Below are positions 49,654 to 62,933 of a stretch of 64,000 nucleotides of DNA, piece by piece (the stretch's first letter is position 1; each line of letters begins with the position of its first letter). A program made the translations under genes and the position numbers. This DNA is from Moniliella sp. 'wahieum' (lineage: Eukaryota). The notes beneath the pieces are model-generated. The model had not been told where the DNA came from. It worked only from the letters and a program-made list of their open reading frames with translations, and did no database searches. The stretch is taken from NCBI GenBank assembly GCA_003971905.1, contig RSEE01000008.1:372001-436000 (forward strand), read 5' to 3'.

Positions 49654-52205
49654 ATGCCGCCCGCCCGGGTCGATGGCAAGCGCAAGCGTGCCCGAGAGCA
49701 ATCCGGCGTCCCTGCGACCAAGGAGGATGTGAAGGACGTGCTGGGACAGACTGCGTCCGGTGAATTGGACCTTGCCGATGCTGGCTCCTCGTCGGAGGAG
49801 GAAGCAGAGGCAGACGACGAGTCCGACCCGGAGGTGGAGGCCCTGCCTGAGATTGATGCAGCGCCTTCGGACGATGAAGAGAAGCCGTCGGGTGATTCGG
49901 AAACGGAGGATGACGAAGGGTTCGATTCGGAGGACATCGATAACTGGGATGGATCCGGCGAAGAAGGAGAGGATGACCGTTTGCGCGCGTTTGGCCGAAA
50001 GAAGATGAGTCCTCGGATATCTCGAGTGGAGACGAAACCGCTCCTGGAACTGCTGAAGAGGCTTCCAAGATTGAGTCTCGTCTGTCGCGTGCCATTCAAA
50101 AGGCGCGCGGTGCCAAACCCGAGGAAGGCGAGACGGAATACAACAATCTTGGTATCGACACCCGCTTCGCCGCATCCAACATCGACCCTGCAAAACAAAA
50201 CCCAGATGGGTCAAACAAGGGCGTGCTCACAGTCAGTGAGCTGACGGGTGTACCCAAGCGTGTCTACCCCCAATCGAGCCTAATTACGACTCTGATTCGT
50301 CCACGGAAGAGACGACGAACCGCATTGGGAATGTGCCGCTGGAGTGGTACGATGATCTTCCGCACATTGGGTATGATGTGAACGGGAAGAAGGTGCTCCG
50401 CCCGGCCCAGGGTGATGCACTGGACAACTTCCTTGCCACAATGGAGGACCCCGAAAGCTGGATGACGGCTGAAGACAAGCGCACGGGTGGACAAGTGCGT
50501 CTGACGGACGAGGAGCTGGACATCATTCGTCGTTTGCAAAATTCGGAGATTCCCGACGAATCTTACAACCCCTACGAGCCTACCGTCGAGTGGTTCACTG
50601 GAAAGGGGATGGAAATGCAGACTCCTATGACGGCACGACCGGAGCCCAAGTCAAGGTTTGTCCCATCCAAGTGGGAGCACAAGAAGATCATGAAGATTGT
50701 GCGGGCCATCCGCGAGGGAAGAATTGTGCCACGGCGCCGGCGCAGGAGACGCCCGAGTACTACGATGTGGGAGAACGAGCAGGCTAGGGAAGACCACCCT
50801 ATGCACATGCCCGCGCCCAAGCTCGCCCTCCCTGGGCATGAAGAGAGCTACAACCCGCCCGCTGAATACTTGCTGGATGAGGCGGAGCGCAAGGCTTGGG
50901 AACAAGCTGCACCTGAGGACCGTAAGCTGAACTTCTTGCCCGCCAAGATGAGCTCGTTGCGGTCGTGCCACGGTATGAGAATTCTGTCAGGGAGCGTATG
51001 GACCGTTGCTTGGACCTACTTGGCCCCGCGCATGCTCAAGCGTAAGGTCGACGTGCCGAACGCAGAGGTGTTGTTGCCAAGCTGCCTGCTCCCAAGGACT
51101 TGCGTCCGTTCCCTACCCACAGCGGCAGTCGAGTACAAACATCCTTCTGCTCCCCGTGTGCGGGCAGCTGCTCTGGACCCTACCGGTGCCTGGGCCGCTA
51201 CTGGCGCTGAGGATGGTCGTGTGCGTCTGTGGAACTTGACAACGGGACGGTGCGATGCCGTGTACGACCTTCATGCCTCCTCGGCAAAGGAGGACCGCGC
51301 ACCCGTGTACTCGCTTGCCTGGTGCCCCAACGCAAGCAAGTCACTTTTGGTTGCCAGCACGGTGGGCCGAATCGCGATCATCGCCCCCCGGGAGGGAAAC
51401 GTTGGCTTCCCTGCGACAACTAGCGAGTCGTTCCAATATGCCATTCAAGGCTTTCCTATTGGGGATGAGGAAAAGGATGAGAAAGCACCTGCTGAGTGGG
51501 TACGTCCTGCGAATGCGGAGCGTGAGCGTGGAATCGCTGTCTACATTCACATCCCCGGTACGGCCCGACAGGTTGCATTCCACCCCAAGGGTGACTACTT
51601 CGTCACGGTGGTACCTGATGCGACACGCGGGCGGGCTGTGTTGGTTCACCAGCTGTCGCGCCATCGTTCCCAGGCGCCATTCCGAAGGGTGGCTAAGGGT
51701 TCGGCAGTGCAACGTGCTGTGTTCCATCCTACTCGGCCACACCTCCTGGTCGCGACGCAACGGTACGTACGGATCTACGACTTGGCCCAGCAAGCTCTGG
51801 TGCAGACGCTCCAGACAGGGCTACGCTGGATCTCGTCGCTATCCGTGCACCCAAGCGGGGAGCATGTCTTGGTCGGTTCGTACGATCGCAAGTTGCTCTG
51901 GTTTGACCTTGAACTATCAACGCGGGCTACAAGATGCTCGGTACCACGCTCGGGCGGTACGCCAGGTGGCTTTCCATCCGACCTTGCCGCTTTTTGCATC
52001 GGTCGCCGACGACGGCCAAGCGCACATCTACCACGCCACGGTTTACTCGGACTGGGCACAGAACGCTTTGATTGTACCGCTCAAGATCTTGCGTGGCCAC
52101 CAGGTTAAGCAAGGACTTGGGATCTTGGACGCCATGTGGCATCCCTCCAAGCCCTGGCTACTCACCGCAGGTGCTGACGGCCTCGCTCGTCTTTGGTCTA
52201 ACTGA
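49654..52205 (+). CDS. ERB1: Ribosome biogenesis protein Erb1/BOP1
   Basis: [65 protein letters not shown]40 C-terminus [28 protein letters not shown]. Confidence 0.96.
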
Positions 52206-52500
52206 TTGGCCCCCAAAGGGCAGTTACTTGCGTTTTCTTTGACTCTGGTCAGGTCGAGGCTATAGAGGCTCCGTATAGTCAAGTGAGAACACGCACACGT
52301 GGTACTTGGATGTACACGTAGCAGCAATTGTAAGAAACTGGCGGCAATTAGATGGCCTCTATAGCCAGCTAATTGAAGAAGTCAGGGAGCAGAGCAAGAG
52401 CACGGAGGGTGAACAAAGTATCGGGCGCAAGCAGTAGTGCCAAAATATCAGACAGGGTATAGAAGCCACCAGCGGTACGGAGGGTCGGTTATACGACAAT

Positions 52501-55500
52501 GAAGCTATCATCTGTCACTACAGTACAGTCAAGAGAGGGGAAGAGAGTGCATCATGTCAATTTTTTCTCCGGGGTGGAAGGGGGGATGAAGTACGTGAGG
52601 TCGTGAAGCCAGAGCAGACGGATCAGGGTAACGTGAAAGGAGGGGTGTAATAGACATCCCTCGAGGGGGGAAAAGTGGTATCTGAGGAGGGTGAAGATGG
52701 GGCTTTAGTACGTTTCCGGAGTAGAAGGTTCCGGCGTCTATCGCCAAGAGACGATTCGGCCATCTTTTCATCCTCCACTTTCTCCTCGCCAATCTTCTCC
52801 ATGTCCGCGGCAGTCACGAGAGTGGCAACCTCGCCCTTAACCAAAGCACGGCGCGAAGTGAAGCCAGGAGGGCACCACGTGCGGCTGTTCCAGGGCTTGC
52901 AGCTCGGGTCGTGGTACATCAAGTCGACTTGCTCAAGAGTAAGCCCCTGAGTCTCCGGACGAAGAAGAAGACGAGGAGAGCGTTGACAATGTTCCAGGAA
53001 GCAAAGATGAAACCGTAGGCTGCGAATGCAAGAGGTCAGCGCGGGATCGATACAACCAGAGCCCAACAAACATCAGGAGAAATATGCGTACCATAGCCAA
53101 TATTGCCCGTAATGGGCTGCGTGAAGAATGCCAAAGCAAAGTTCCAGGCCCAATTGGTGGCTGTCGAAAGGGCGGCTTGCTTGGAACGAGTGCGCGCGCC
53201 AAAGTTCTCGCCGCACCAGACCCACACGGCAGGAGACCATGTGCAAGCAAGGCAGAAGACAAAGAAGCAGCCAGCAACGGTCATCAGATCACCCACTCCC
53301 TTGGAGAGGTGGGGCTGACCCATCACACCGCTCTCGTTACCAGCGACACCCGCGATGGCAAAGACGAACAGCCACAGGGAGCATCCAAGCGCGCCATAGA
53401 AGAGCGTGTTGCGGCGACCCCATGCTTCCACCATCCACAGACCAGGGGCAGTGCAGACAAAGTTGACCGCGCCAAGAATGATTTGAGTCACGTACGAGTC
53501 CTTGAGGCCGGCGTTGGCAAATACCTGGTTGCCATAGAAGAAGAAATCTGGGGAGAAGAAAAAGAGTCAGGAAGGAGCGGTCGGGAAGAGGTGGGAGTGT
53601 AACGTACAGTTGCCGCCACAGAGTTGCTGCCCCATCTGAAGCGCCATGCCCATGCACGTCCGGAAGCAAGTCGAGTTTTCGAATTTGAAGCAGTCAGCCC
53701 ACGTTGCGTCGGCGGCGTTGGCAGCTTTTTCCTCCTCGATATGCTGGATCAGGTCCTGGTACTCCGATTCGACGTGCGGGTCCTGGTCCGCAACGCTCAC
53801 ACCATGCATCTGGGCGATCGCCCTCTTCGCTTCATCGTACCGGCCTTTTTGTACGCTAATGGTGGGCGACTCGGGCGTCAGCATCGCAACTGCGCCTTGA
53901 AGCATGGCAAACACAAAGCCGATCGCAACCAATACTCGCCACGATGCCGAATCGTTGTTGCCAGCGTACCGCGTACCGATGGCAATGGCGTAGGCCAACA
54001 GAATGCCAAGGGTAATCGCAAACTGGAAGAAGCCGCCCATCATACCACGGATTTGCCGGGGCATGAGTTCGGATTGATACACTGGCGCAAGGGCGGAGGA
54101 CATGCCAATGCCGTAGCCAGATACCAAACGGCCAATGCCAAATTGAACCCAGGAGTGGACAGAGGCGACCTTGATGATGCAACCGATGATGATCCACAGA
54201 GCTGACACCTGGACACTGTACTTTGTGCCCAGGCGGTTTTGCCAGATGTTGCCCGTAAGAGCGCCAATGCCACAGCCGATCGACATGAAACCAGTGATCA
54301 GGCCCTGGAGCCAAGGCGACCAGGCCTTCTCATACTTCCCGTCGGGGTAAGTGACCGCCCCGTAGCAAACCGGCGTTGGAAATCTTGCATGGGGTACAAA
54401 CCAGCCATAATGCCGGTCTCATAGCCAAACTGTTGTCATGAAAATAACAGCGATCAGTATGGGATGTTCTTCATTTGGTGCACGAATGAGGGGGAGACAT
54501 GGACATACGTTAAGACCGGCACCGATGGTCACCAGGGTTACCAGGTGAACCATAATGCCGATAGAAGTGCCTCCGAGTTTCATGGTGAAGCCGAAGAACT
54601 AGTGGTAAGGAAATAGGAGCGCGGAAAGAGTAGGAGTGTGTGAACCTCAAAGAGGTGGGCGTGTGGCTGGTATAATAGCCTGTAGGGTGTGGGTTGGTTA
54701 CTGAGAAGACGGAGGAGAGATGTTGTGGACAAGAAGAACAATCGATGGGGTCGGTGGTCCTCTGTTATATACCCCAAAGATGTATAACACAAGAGAGAAG
54801 ACTAGGCGCCAAGAAGCCAGTGTAGGAACAAGCACAACAGTACAGGAACAATTCCAACTGTTGCATGGGGGAACTTTTGCCAGCCACGCGGGTCATCCAT
54901 CAGTCGACCAGCGGTGCTGCTTCATGCATCATGCATCATGACCATTCCATATTCATCTCAGGCTCTTGATCCCCTGTGAGAGACATGTGACATGTGACAT
55001 GTGAGGCCTGAGATCTGGCGATCAGTCGATCAGGAGAAGAAGGCAAAGGCCTAAGGCCTACCGCATAACAGTAACCCCCCCCTCCACTCTGTACGCAACG
55101 TTCACAAAATGCTTAATGCAGCGCGCCCTCCCTGCGATTGCAGGCTGTTCCTCTGCGAGAGCTATACACAAACGCCGTCCCAGACAGCACTGCGACTTCG
55201 ATGCGAGTGCGCAGTGTGGGGGCTATGGACAGCCATACGGAGCCCCAGGGAGCCCCACTATTATGCTCTAGGTCCCAGACACGCAAAGCCTCTTGCCTCT
55301 GCCCACAATATAGCCGCCATGTTTCAGGTAATCAAATGTCTATAGGCTCTAGGCACGAGGCCTGAGGCCGGCCTGAGGTCTTTCCGGACTTTGCCGGCGG
55401 TACGTATGTTTCTAGTGTGAGTGATATAATAGTCTCGGCCGCACTTCTGTCACGCTCCCGTCTGACCAGTGTCCATATGTAGCCCGTTGTTCGGCTTAGG

Positions 55501-56046
55501 TCTTACTCAGTCCGCCGGCACAGTTGCGACAATCTGGCGTGCCTGTATGTCCCGTTGGCGCTTAGCGCATTAGCTCACTACTACATGGACAGTTGCACCG
55601 CCAGTACTCCGCCCCACTAAGCTTCGAACTTTTCAAGCCGTCAGGCCTCAGGCTCAGGCCTCAGGCTTCAGGAGCTTCGGGCCCCTCACCTCAGGCTTCA
55701 GACCCTTCTTTGCTCTAACCTTTCAACGCCCCATTCGACACCCAATTTAGTCTCGCTAACGTCCCATAAACCCCACGCGAGGGCCTGCCTTTAGAACAAC
55801 ATCCCCAGGTGCGGTTGCCTGCGCAAGGGTCACCGGCGGTCTCCAGCGGTCCGAGGGCTAGCCCTGGCCACACATGTCCGAGACCACAAAAATGACCTGC
55901 TCTCTCTCTCCACCTATTTGTAAGGGCGCCATATGCCGTCAGCATCCCCATCCTCTCGCCTCTGGCGCCACTCCTCATCTCCATTCCCATTTCGTCTCTT
56001 TCTCTTCTCCTCTTCCCAGTCCGGGCTCGACCCAGCGCATGTCTTC
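52501..56046. repeat. Left arm of ~3.5 kb inverted segmental duplication
   Basis: Reverse complement of ~59385-62933; includes transporter gene and ~1.45 kb upstream DNA. Confidence 0.95.
52705..54583 (-). CDS. MFS sugar porter (hexose transporter-like), copy 1
   Basis: GRLVSGYGIG, PVYQSELMPRQIRG, PESP, QQLCGGN|YFFFYG, WGRR, ETQGLTLEQV; three introns; several 1-bp deletions relative to copy 2. Confidence 0.93.
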
Positions 56047-57717
56047 CCGCTCATGATCCACACTGCATAACTGTACTTGAGATAATATGTCGCTGGAAAG
56101 CCAGGATCCTTGCAGCTCGCCTTGGCCTCGCTCATGTTGGAGCATTTGTCACGGGTGAAGGCGGACTGACAATCCCCGCGGAGCCTACGCGCGCCCTTCG
56201 CCTTCCTAACCCCGTTCCCTTGTTGGTTAAATGGTCAGATCCTTTCTGATCCGATCTCAACATTCAACTGAGGCCCGTTCTCTACCGAGAATAGAGCACA
56301 CTCCCTGATCATCGATCAGATTCAACTCAATCCGATCCTCGTAGTGGCTGTGGCAAGCCCCCCAGTGCGACGACCAAAGTTTTACATATCCGCACAACAA
56401 TAGCCCAGGCCCCCGCGGGCGGTGCCAGCCCCCCGTGACAGAGCTCGACTTTGGTGGTCTACACCTCTCACCCCTATTTTGGTTCGACGCGATCAACAGA
56501 AGGCGCTCAGCCTCACATGCAAAACCAGCTCCATCATTGTTTGTCCTCACTGATGCACACTGCTGCTCTGTCGTTCCACGATCTCGTCCGTCTTTCCCTG
56601 GCAGTAGCGTTAAATGCGTTTCCACCTGACCTCTCTCCTGTCCCAGAAATGAGACCGCCTCTGCTTTTGCTCGAAGGAAACTGATCATTTCCCGGCTCCA
56701 TTTCCCGGCTCCACTTCCCTAAGCAACATGTGATGACACCTGGAGTCCTGATGGTCCTCGAGGGTGACGCAATCGCACTGATGGTGGTGGTGGTCTAAGT
56801 CAACCAGCAACGCCTACAGAGGAACATCATGCAGCGAGTCGCCACCAGGGGCTAAGCCGCGGAAGAAGGAAAAGCAGGAGAGAGAAAACAACGGAACTCC
56901 CAGGCCTGAGGAGAACTGAAGGGACATTGGCCAAAAAGCACGAGCCACCCCATGGCTCAACAACATGCAAAACATTGGCCCTTCTTGGATGGTGGGGAGC
57001 AGACCAGGAGATGCCTCTTCAAATACTCTCATCCGCCTGACTCTATATGATGGGGGACGATTCACATTTATGGCCTTGCTCGAGAAACTGAGAGAGACCT
57101 CCATTGCCAAGCTTCTGGAGTCAATCACGATCCCATGTCTTCTTCAAACGGATCCAAGCAGCGAGAGAAGTCGTTCGAATTGATCGCAGCAGACAGTGTG
57201 ATTCACTGCAACACGAACTTCTTCCACGTCGACCGACATCACCGAGATCGGTTAGAGCCACAACCGAAACGACAACCCAAAAAAGGGGGTGACAAGTTCC
57301 TGCCTGCTACGGATCAAATTCCATCTGCTTCTTCGTCGCATCGGCTCTTGATCCTCTGCTTCGGCTACGCATATAAGGCCAAGAATAGAAACACTTTTTT
57401 TACCAATGAGACAACCTGTGGCGGAACGAGATGCAAGCATTGTTTGTCCACCGAGAGTGGGTGTCTGCCACATCCGTGTTTCCTATACTGTTTTGTGCCG
57501 GCCCGACTGCTTTTTGGGGTATATACAGTCTCAGCTAGCCTAGAAGCAACGTTTTTGTATTCTCATGGCCTGTCGTTGTGCCCCGACCTCATGGCTGAAT
57601 TCCGGGCCAACCCAATCCCCCACATGTGGCCGATCGGTCATCAAAGGGCGAATGGAGAGCACTTAAAGAGGAAATGTTTACCCTCCTCAAAAACTGATGC
57701 CACTTCCTGCCTTAATT

Positions 57718-58491
57718 CCCCCCTTTTGAATCCATATCATTGACAGAGCTTAAGGCTGGGACAGGGGAACGCTACGTCTAAACCGAACCGTTCATCTTGC
57801 GGGGGTTACTTGGAAGCCCCACTAAGGTCAAGGAACCAGGGGGATCGCCAGGATATCAGGACCCTCCGGTTCTCGCCATCCGGTCCCGTACCCTAGGAAG
57901 CGCGTGTGGACACGGATGAACGTGGTTGGCATCCGAGCGAGGAACCATTTCCACTGAGACTTAGTAGCCAACTCCTTCCAATGCGCAAACAACTTGTCCG
58001 CTGTCTTGGTTCCGTAGTATCCTCGCGTCGTCAAAACCAGGGGGAAAAACGGCTCTTGAGTGCGTCCCTGGTACTTGGCGTTCTTGTCGCATTCTGCTTG
58101 TTCAAGCAGCCGAAACAGTTCCTTCTCCCGGCGTTCCAAAGGCGACGCAGTGCTCTCGTGTACCACCCGCCGGTACGCGCTCTGCGCCTCTTGCGTTCCC
58201 GTGTCGCGCAGGTGTGGTCCATCTCCATTCCTGATCCTCCAGTGCTCCAGGCCCCATCACGCGGTAGTCGGTGCGCTGTGCCCTCGGTCCGCGCCTCGTC
58301 CCATCCTCGTCCTCCACCATAGGTTCGTTGCGGACGTGAGTGTCGGGGATGGAGCGAATGAGCTGGAGAATGGGCTCCCGCACTGCCTCATGCAACGCAC
58401 TAAACTTGGCCTGGGTGCGGGTACAAGACATGATGTGCTCCAGCGAGGACATGGCACCGCACTTGCATATGCTGCGCGTGGGTGCGGCACA
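57718..58491 (-). mobile_element. Third copy of the RLE-bearing non-LTR retroelement 3' end
   Basis: Highly similar to 31886-32656; ORFs 58102..58548 and 57828..58166 give CKCG..HIMSC and DKNAKY..FFPLVLTTRGYYG..WKWFLARM. Confidence 0.88.
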
Positions 58492-58596
58492 TAAGGGGGG
58501 GTTCACCACACCTTCCTCTTCTTCCCCATCCCGTTGTGCTGAAGACATATAGGACTTTCCAAAAACCGATTGACTTTAGACGTTTTGTAATGATTA

Positions 58597-58783
58597 CAAG
58601 GAGAACCACCGGGCCTACTGCCCGGTCAGCCGGGGCTTCGCCCCAGCTGCCGTTCCCCCTTCGCCACCGTAGCCACCGTTCCACCGTCGCCAACACCGAC
58701 ATAGAAATAATTCACCGATTCGTTCTGACTGCAGGGGGCGTGGAACGTGGCACGGGGCACAGCTGATGTAAAAAGTGCACAGG
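58597..58783 (-). mobile_element. Helitron-like non-autonomous element 3' portion, copy B
   Basis: Shares blocks with 31609-31775; on - strand hairpin ACCGGGC-agtag-GCCCGGT 11 nt before CTTG|T; extra GGGGC-GAA-GCCCC hairpin. Confidence 0.5.
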
Positions 58784-59384
58784 GCGAATGGAGGAATAAT
58801 ATAACGTAGGGATATGCCGTACTATGTGTATTACCCTCTCCCTCTCTTTTCGGTTGGAAGGTACTGTAGCGACGTACTATACGGCAAGCAGAAGGCGCGA
58901 TCTGAGCTACCACACAGAAGCAGATGAGCGAAACGAGGTAACGAGGTGCGTGACGAGGTGGCAGTGGCAGGGAAGAACTGAGGAATGCGCCAACAGCGGT
59001 GTCTACTACACGAGCGGCTTACAATTGAAACAAATGGTGGAGGCGCCACTGCTGGGACGCGCGGCGCAGACTAAGCCTGAAACAAGCTTGTAACGCCACT
59101 CACAACAGCCACAGTGCAACAGTATATTTTTCAAAAGCAAAAAGACATTGACCTCGTTTCCCTACTGGCCAAAACACAACGGCTGATGCATATAGTTACC
59201 TACTGCTCCTTCGCGAGTTGCCCCAGGCCACTTGCCATGGCTAGGGGGCGCACCAGAGCGTGGCTGATACATTGGTGGTTGCCGCGTGTGTGGCGGGTCC
59301 GTGCGACTCGGCATCATCACCCTGCTCCTTCTGCGGCGCTTCTTACAAAACGCGTTAAGCCACCAGTAATGAGCTCTATAGAGA

Positions 59385-62300
59385 GAAGATATGCGCTGGG
59401 TCGAGCCCGGACTGGGGAAGAGGAGAAGAGAAAGAGACGAAATGGGAATGGAGATGAGGAGTGGCGCCAGAGGCGAGAGGATGGGGATGCTGACGGCATA
59501 TGGCGCCCTTACAAATAGGTGGAGAGAGAGAAGCAGGTCATTTTTGTGGTCTCGGACATGTGTGGCCAGGGCTAGCCCTCGGACCGCTGGAGACCGCCGG
59601 TGACCCTTGCGCAGGCAACCGCACCTGGGGATGTTGTTCTAAAGGCAGGCCCTCGCGTGGGGTTTATGGGACGTTAGCGAGACTAAATTGGGTGTCGAAT
59701 GGGGCGTTGAAAGGTTGAGAGCAAAGAAGGGTCTGAAGCCTGAGGTGAGGGGCCCGAAGCTCCTGAAGCCTGAGGCCTGAGCCTGAGGCCTGACGGCTTG
59801 AAAAGTTCGAAGCTTAGTGGGGCGGAGTACTGGCGGTGCAACTGTCCATGTAGTAGTGAGCTAATGCGCTAAGCGCCAACGGGACATACAGGCACGCCAG
59901 ATTGTCGCAACTGTGCCGGCGGACTGAGTAAGACCTAAGCCGAACAACGGGCTACATATGGACACTGGTCAGACGGGAGACGTGACAGAAGTGCGGCCGA
60001 GACTATTATATCACTCACACTAGAAACATACGTACCGCCGGCAAAGTCCGGAAAGACCTCAGGCCGGCCTCAGGCCTCGTGCCTAGAGCCTATAGACATT
60101 TGATTACCTGAAACATGGCGGCTATATTGTGGGCAGAGGCAAGAGGCTTTGCGTGTCTGGGACCTAGAGCATAATAGTGGGGCTCCCTGGGGCTCCGTAT
60201 GGCTGTCCATAGCCCCCACATCTGCGCACTCGCATCGAAGTCGCAGTGCTGTCTGGGACGGCGTTTGTGTATAGCTCTCGCAGAGGAACAGCCTGCAATC
60301 GCAGGGAGGGCGCGCTGCATTAAGCATTTTGTGAACGTTGCGTACAGAGTGGAGGGGGGGTTACTGTTATGCGGTAGGCCTTAGGCCTTTGCCTTCTTCT
60401 CCTGATCGACTGATCGCCAGATCTCAGGCCTCACATGTCACATGTCACATGTCTCTCACAGGGGAATCAAGAGCCTGAGATGAATATGGAATGGTCATGA
60501 TGCATGATGCATGAAGCAGCACCGCTGGTCGACTGATGGATGACCCGCGTGGCTGGCAAAAGTTCCCCCATGCAACAGTTGGAATTGTTCCTGTACTGTT
60601 GTGCTTGTTCCTACACTGGCTTCTTGGCGCCTAGTCTTCTCTCTTGTGTTATACATCTTTGGGGTATATAACAGAGGACCACCGACCCCATCGATTGTTC
60701 TTCTTGTCCACAACATCTCTCCTCCGTCTTCTCAGTAACCAACCCACACCCTACAGGCTATTATACCAGCCACACGCCCACCTCTTTGAGGTTCACACAC
60801 TCCTACTCTTTCCGCGCTCCTATTTCCTTACCACTAGTTCTTCGGCTTCACCATGAAACTCGGAGGCACTTCTATCGGCATTATGGTTCACCTGGTAACC
60901 CTGGTGACCATCGGTGCCGGTCTTAACGTATGTCCATGTCTCCCCCTCATTCGTGCACCAAATGAAGAACATCCCATACTGATCGCTGTTATTTTCATGA
61001 CAACAGTTTGGCTATGAGACCGGCATTATGGCTGGTTTGTACCCCATGCAAGATTTCCAACGCCGGTTTGCTACGGGGGCGGTCACTTACCCCGACGGGA
61101 AGTATGAGAAGGCCTGGTCGCCTTGGCTCCAGGGCCTGATCACTGGTTTCATGTCGATCGGCTGTGGCATTGGCGCTCTTACGGGCAACATCTGGCAAAA
61201 CCGCCTGGGCACAAAGTACAGTGTCCAGGTGTCAGCTCTGTGGATCATCATCGGTTGCATCATCAAGGTCGCCTCTGTCCACTCCTGGGTTCAATTTGGC
61301 ATTGGCCGTTTGGTATCTGGCTACGGCATTGGCATGTCCTCCGCCCTTGCGCCAGTGTATCAATCCGAACTCATGCCCCGGCAAATCCGTGGTATGATGG
61401 GCGGCTTCTTCCAGTTTGCGATTACCCTTGGCATTCTGTTGGCCTACGCCATTGCCATCGGTACGCGGTACGCTGGCAACAACGATTCGGCATCGTGGCG
61501 AGTATTGGTTGCGATCGGCTTTGTGTTTGCCATGCTTCAAGGCGCAGTTGCGATGCTGACGCCCGAGTCGCCCACCATTAGCGTACAAAAAGGCCGGTAC
61601 GATGAAGCGAAGAGGGCGATCGCCCAGATGCATGGTGTGAGCGTTGCGGACCAGGACCCGCACGTCGAATCGGAGTACCAGGACCTGATCCAGCATATCG
61701 AGGAGGAAAAAGCTGCCAACGCCGCCGACGCAACGTGGGCTGACTGCTTCAAATTCGAAAACTCGACTTGCTTCCGGACGTGCATGGGCATGGCGCTTCA
61801 GATGGGGCAGCAACTCTGTGGCGGCAACTGTACGTTACACTCCCACCTCTTCCCGACCGCTCCCTTCCTGACTCTTTTTCTTCTCCCCAGATTTCTTCTT
61901 CTATGGCAACCAGGTATTTGCCAACGCCGGCCTCAAGGACTCGTACGTGACTCAAATCATTCTTGGCGCGGTCAACTTTGTCTGCACTGCCCCTGGTCTG
62001 TGGATGGTGGAAGCATGGGGTCGCCGCAACACGCTCTTCTATGGCGCGCTTGGATGCTCCCTGTGGCTGTTCGTCTTTGCCATCGCGGGTGTCGCTGGTA
62101 ACGAGAGCGGTGTGATGGGTCAGCCCCACCTCTCCAAGGGAGTGGGTGATCTGATGACCGTTGCTGGCTGCTTCTTTGTCTTCTGCCTTGCTTGCACATG
62201 GTCTCCTGCCGTGTGGGTCTGGTGCGGCGAGAACTTTGGCGCGCGCACTCGTTCCAAGCAAGCCGCCCTTTCGACAGCCACCAATTGGGCCTGGAACTTT

Positions 62301-62933
62301 GCTTTGGCATTCTTCACGCAGCCCATTACGGGCAATATTGGCTATGGTACGCATATTTCTCCTGATGTTTGTTGGGCTCTGGTTGTATCGATCCCGCGCT
62401 GACCTCTTGCATTCGCAGCCTACGGTTTCATCTTTGCTTCCTGGAACATTGTCAACGCTCTCCTCGTCTTCTTCTTCGTCCGGGAGACTCAGGGGCTTAC
62501 TCTTGAGCAAGTCGACTTGATGTACCACGACCCGAGCTGCAAGCCCTGGAACAGCCGCACGTGGTGCCCTCCTGGCTTCACTTCGCGCCGTGCTTTGGTT
62601 AAGGGCGAGGTTGCCACTCTCGTGACTGCCGCGGACATGGAGAAGATTGGCGAGGAGAAAGTGGAGGATGAAAAGATGGCCGAATCGTCTCTTGGCGATA
62701 AGACGCCGGAACCTTCTACTCCGGAAACGTACTAAAGCCCCATCTTCACCCTCCTCAGATACCACTTTTCCCCCTCGAGGGATGTCTATTACACCCTCCT
62801 TTCACGTTACCCTGATCCGTCTGCTCTGGCTTCACGACCTCACGTACTTCATCCCCTCTTCCACCCCGGAGAAAAAATTGACATTCTGCACCCTCCCCTC
62901 TCTTGACTGCGCTGTGATAGAGATGATAGCTTC
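59385..62933. repeat. Right arm of ~3.5 kb inverted segmental duplication
   Basis: Reverse complement of ~52501-56046. Confidence 0.95.
60853..62735 (+). CDS. MFS sugar porter (hexose transporter-like), copy 2, apparently intact
   Basis: ATG 60853 (MKLGGTSIG), introns ~60928-61007, ~61830-61890, ~62347-62418; same sugar-porter motifs; TATA-like TATATAA ~60665; stop TAA 62733-62735. Confidence 0.95.
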
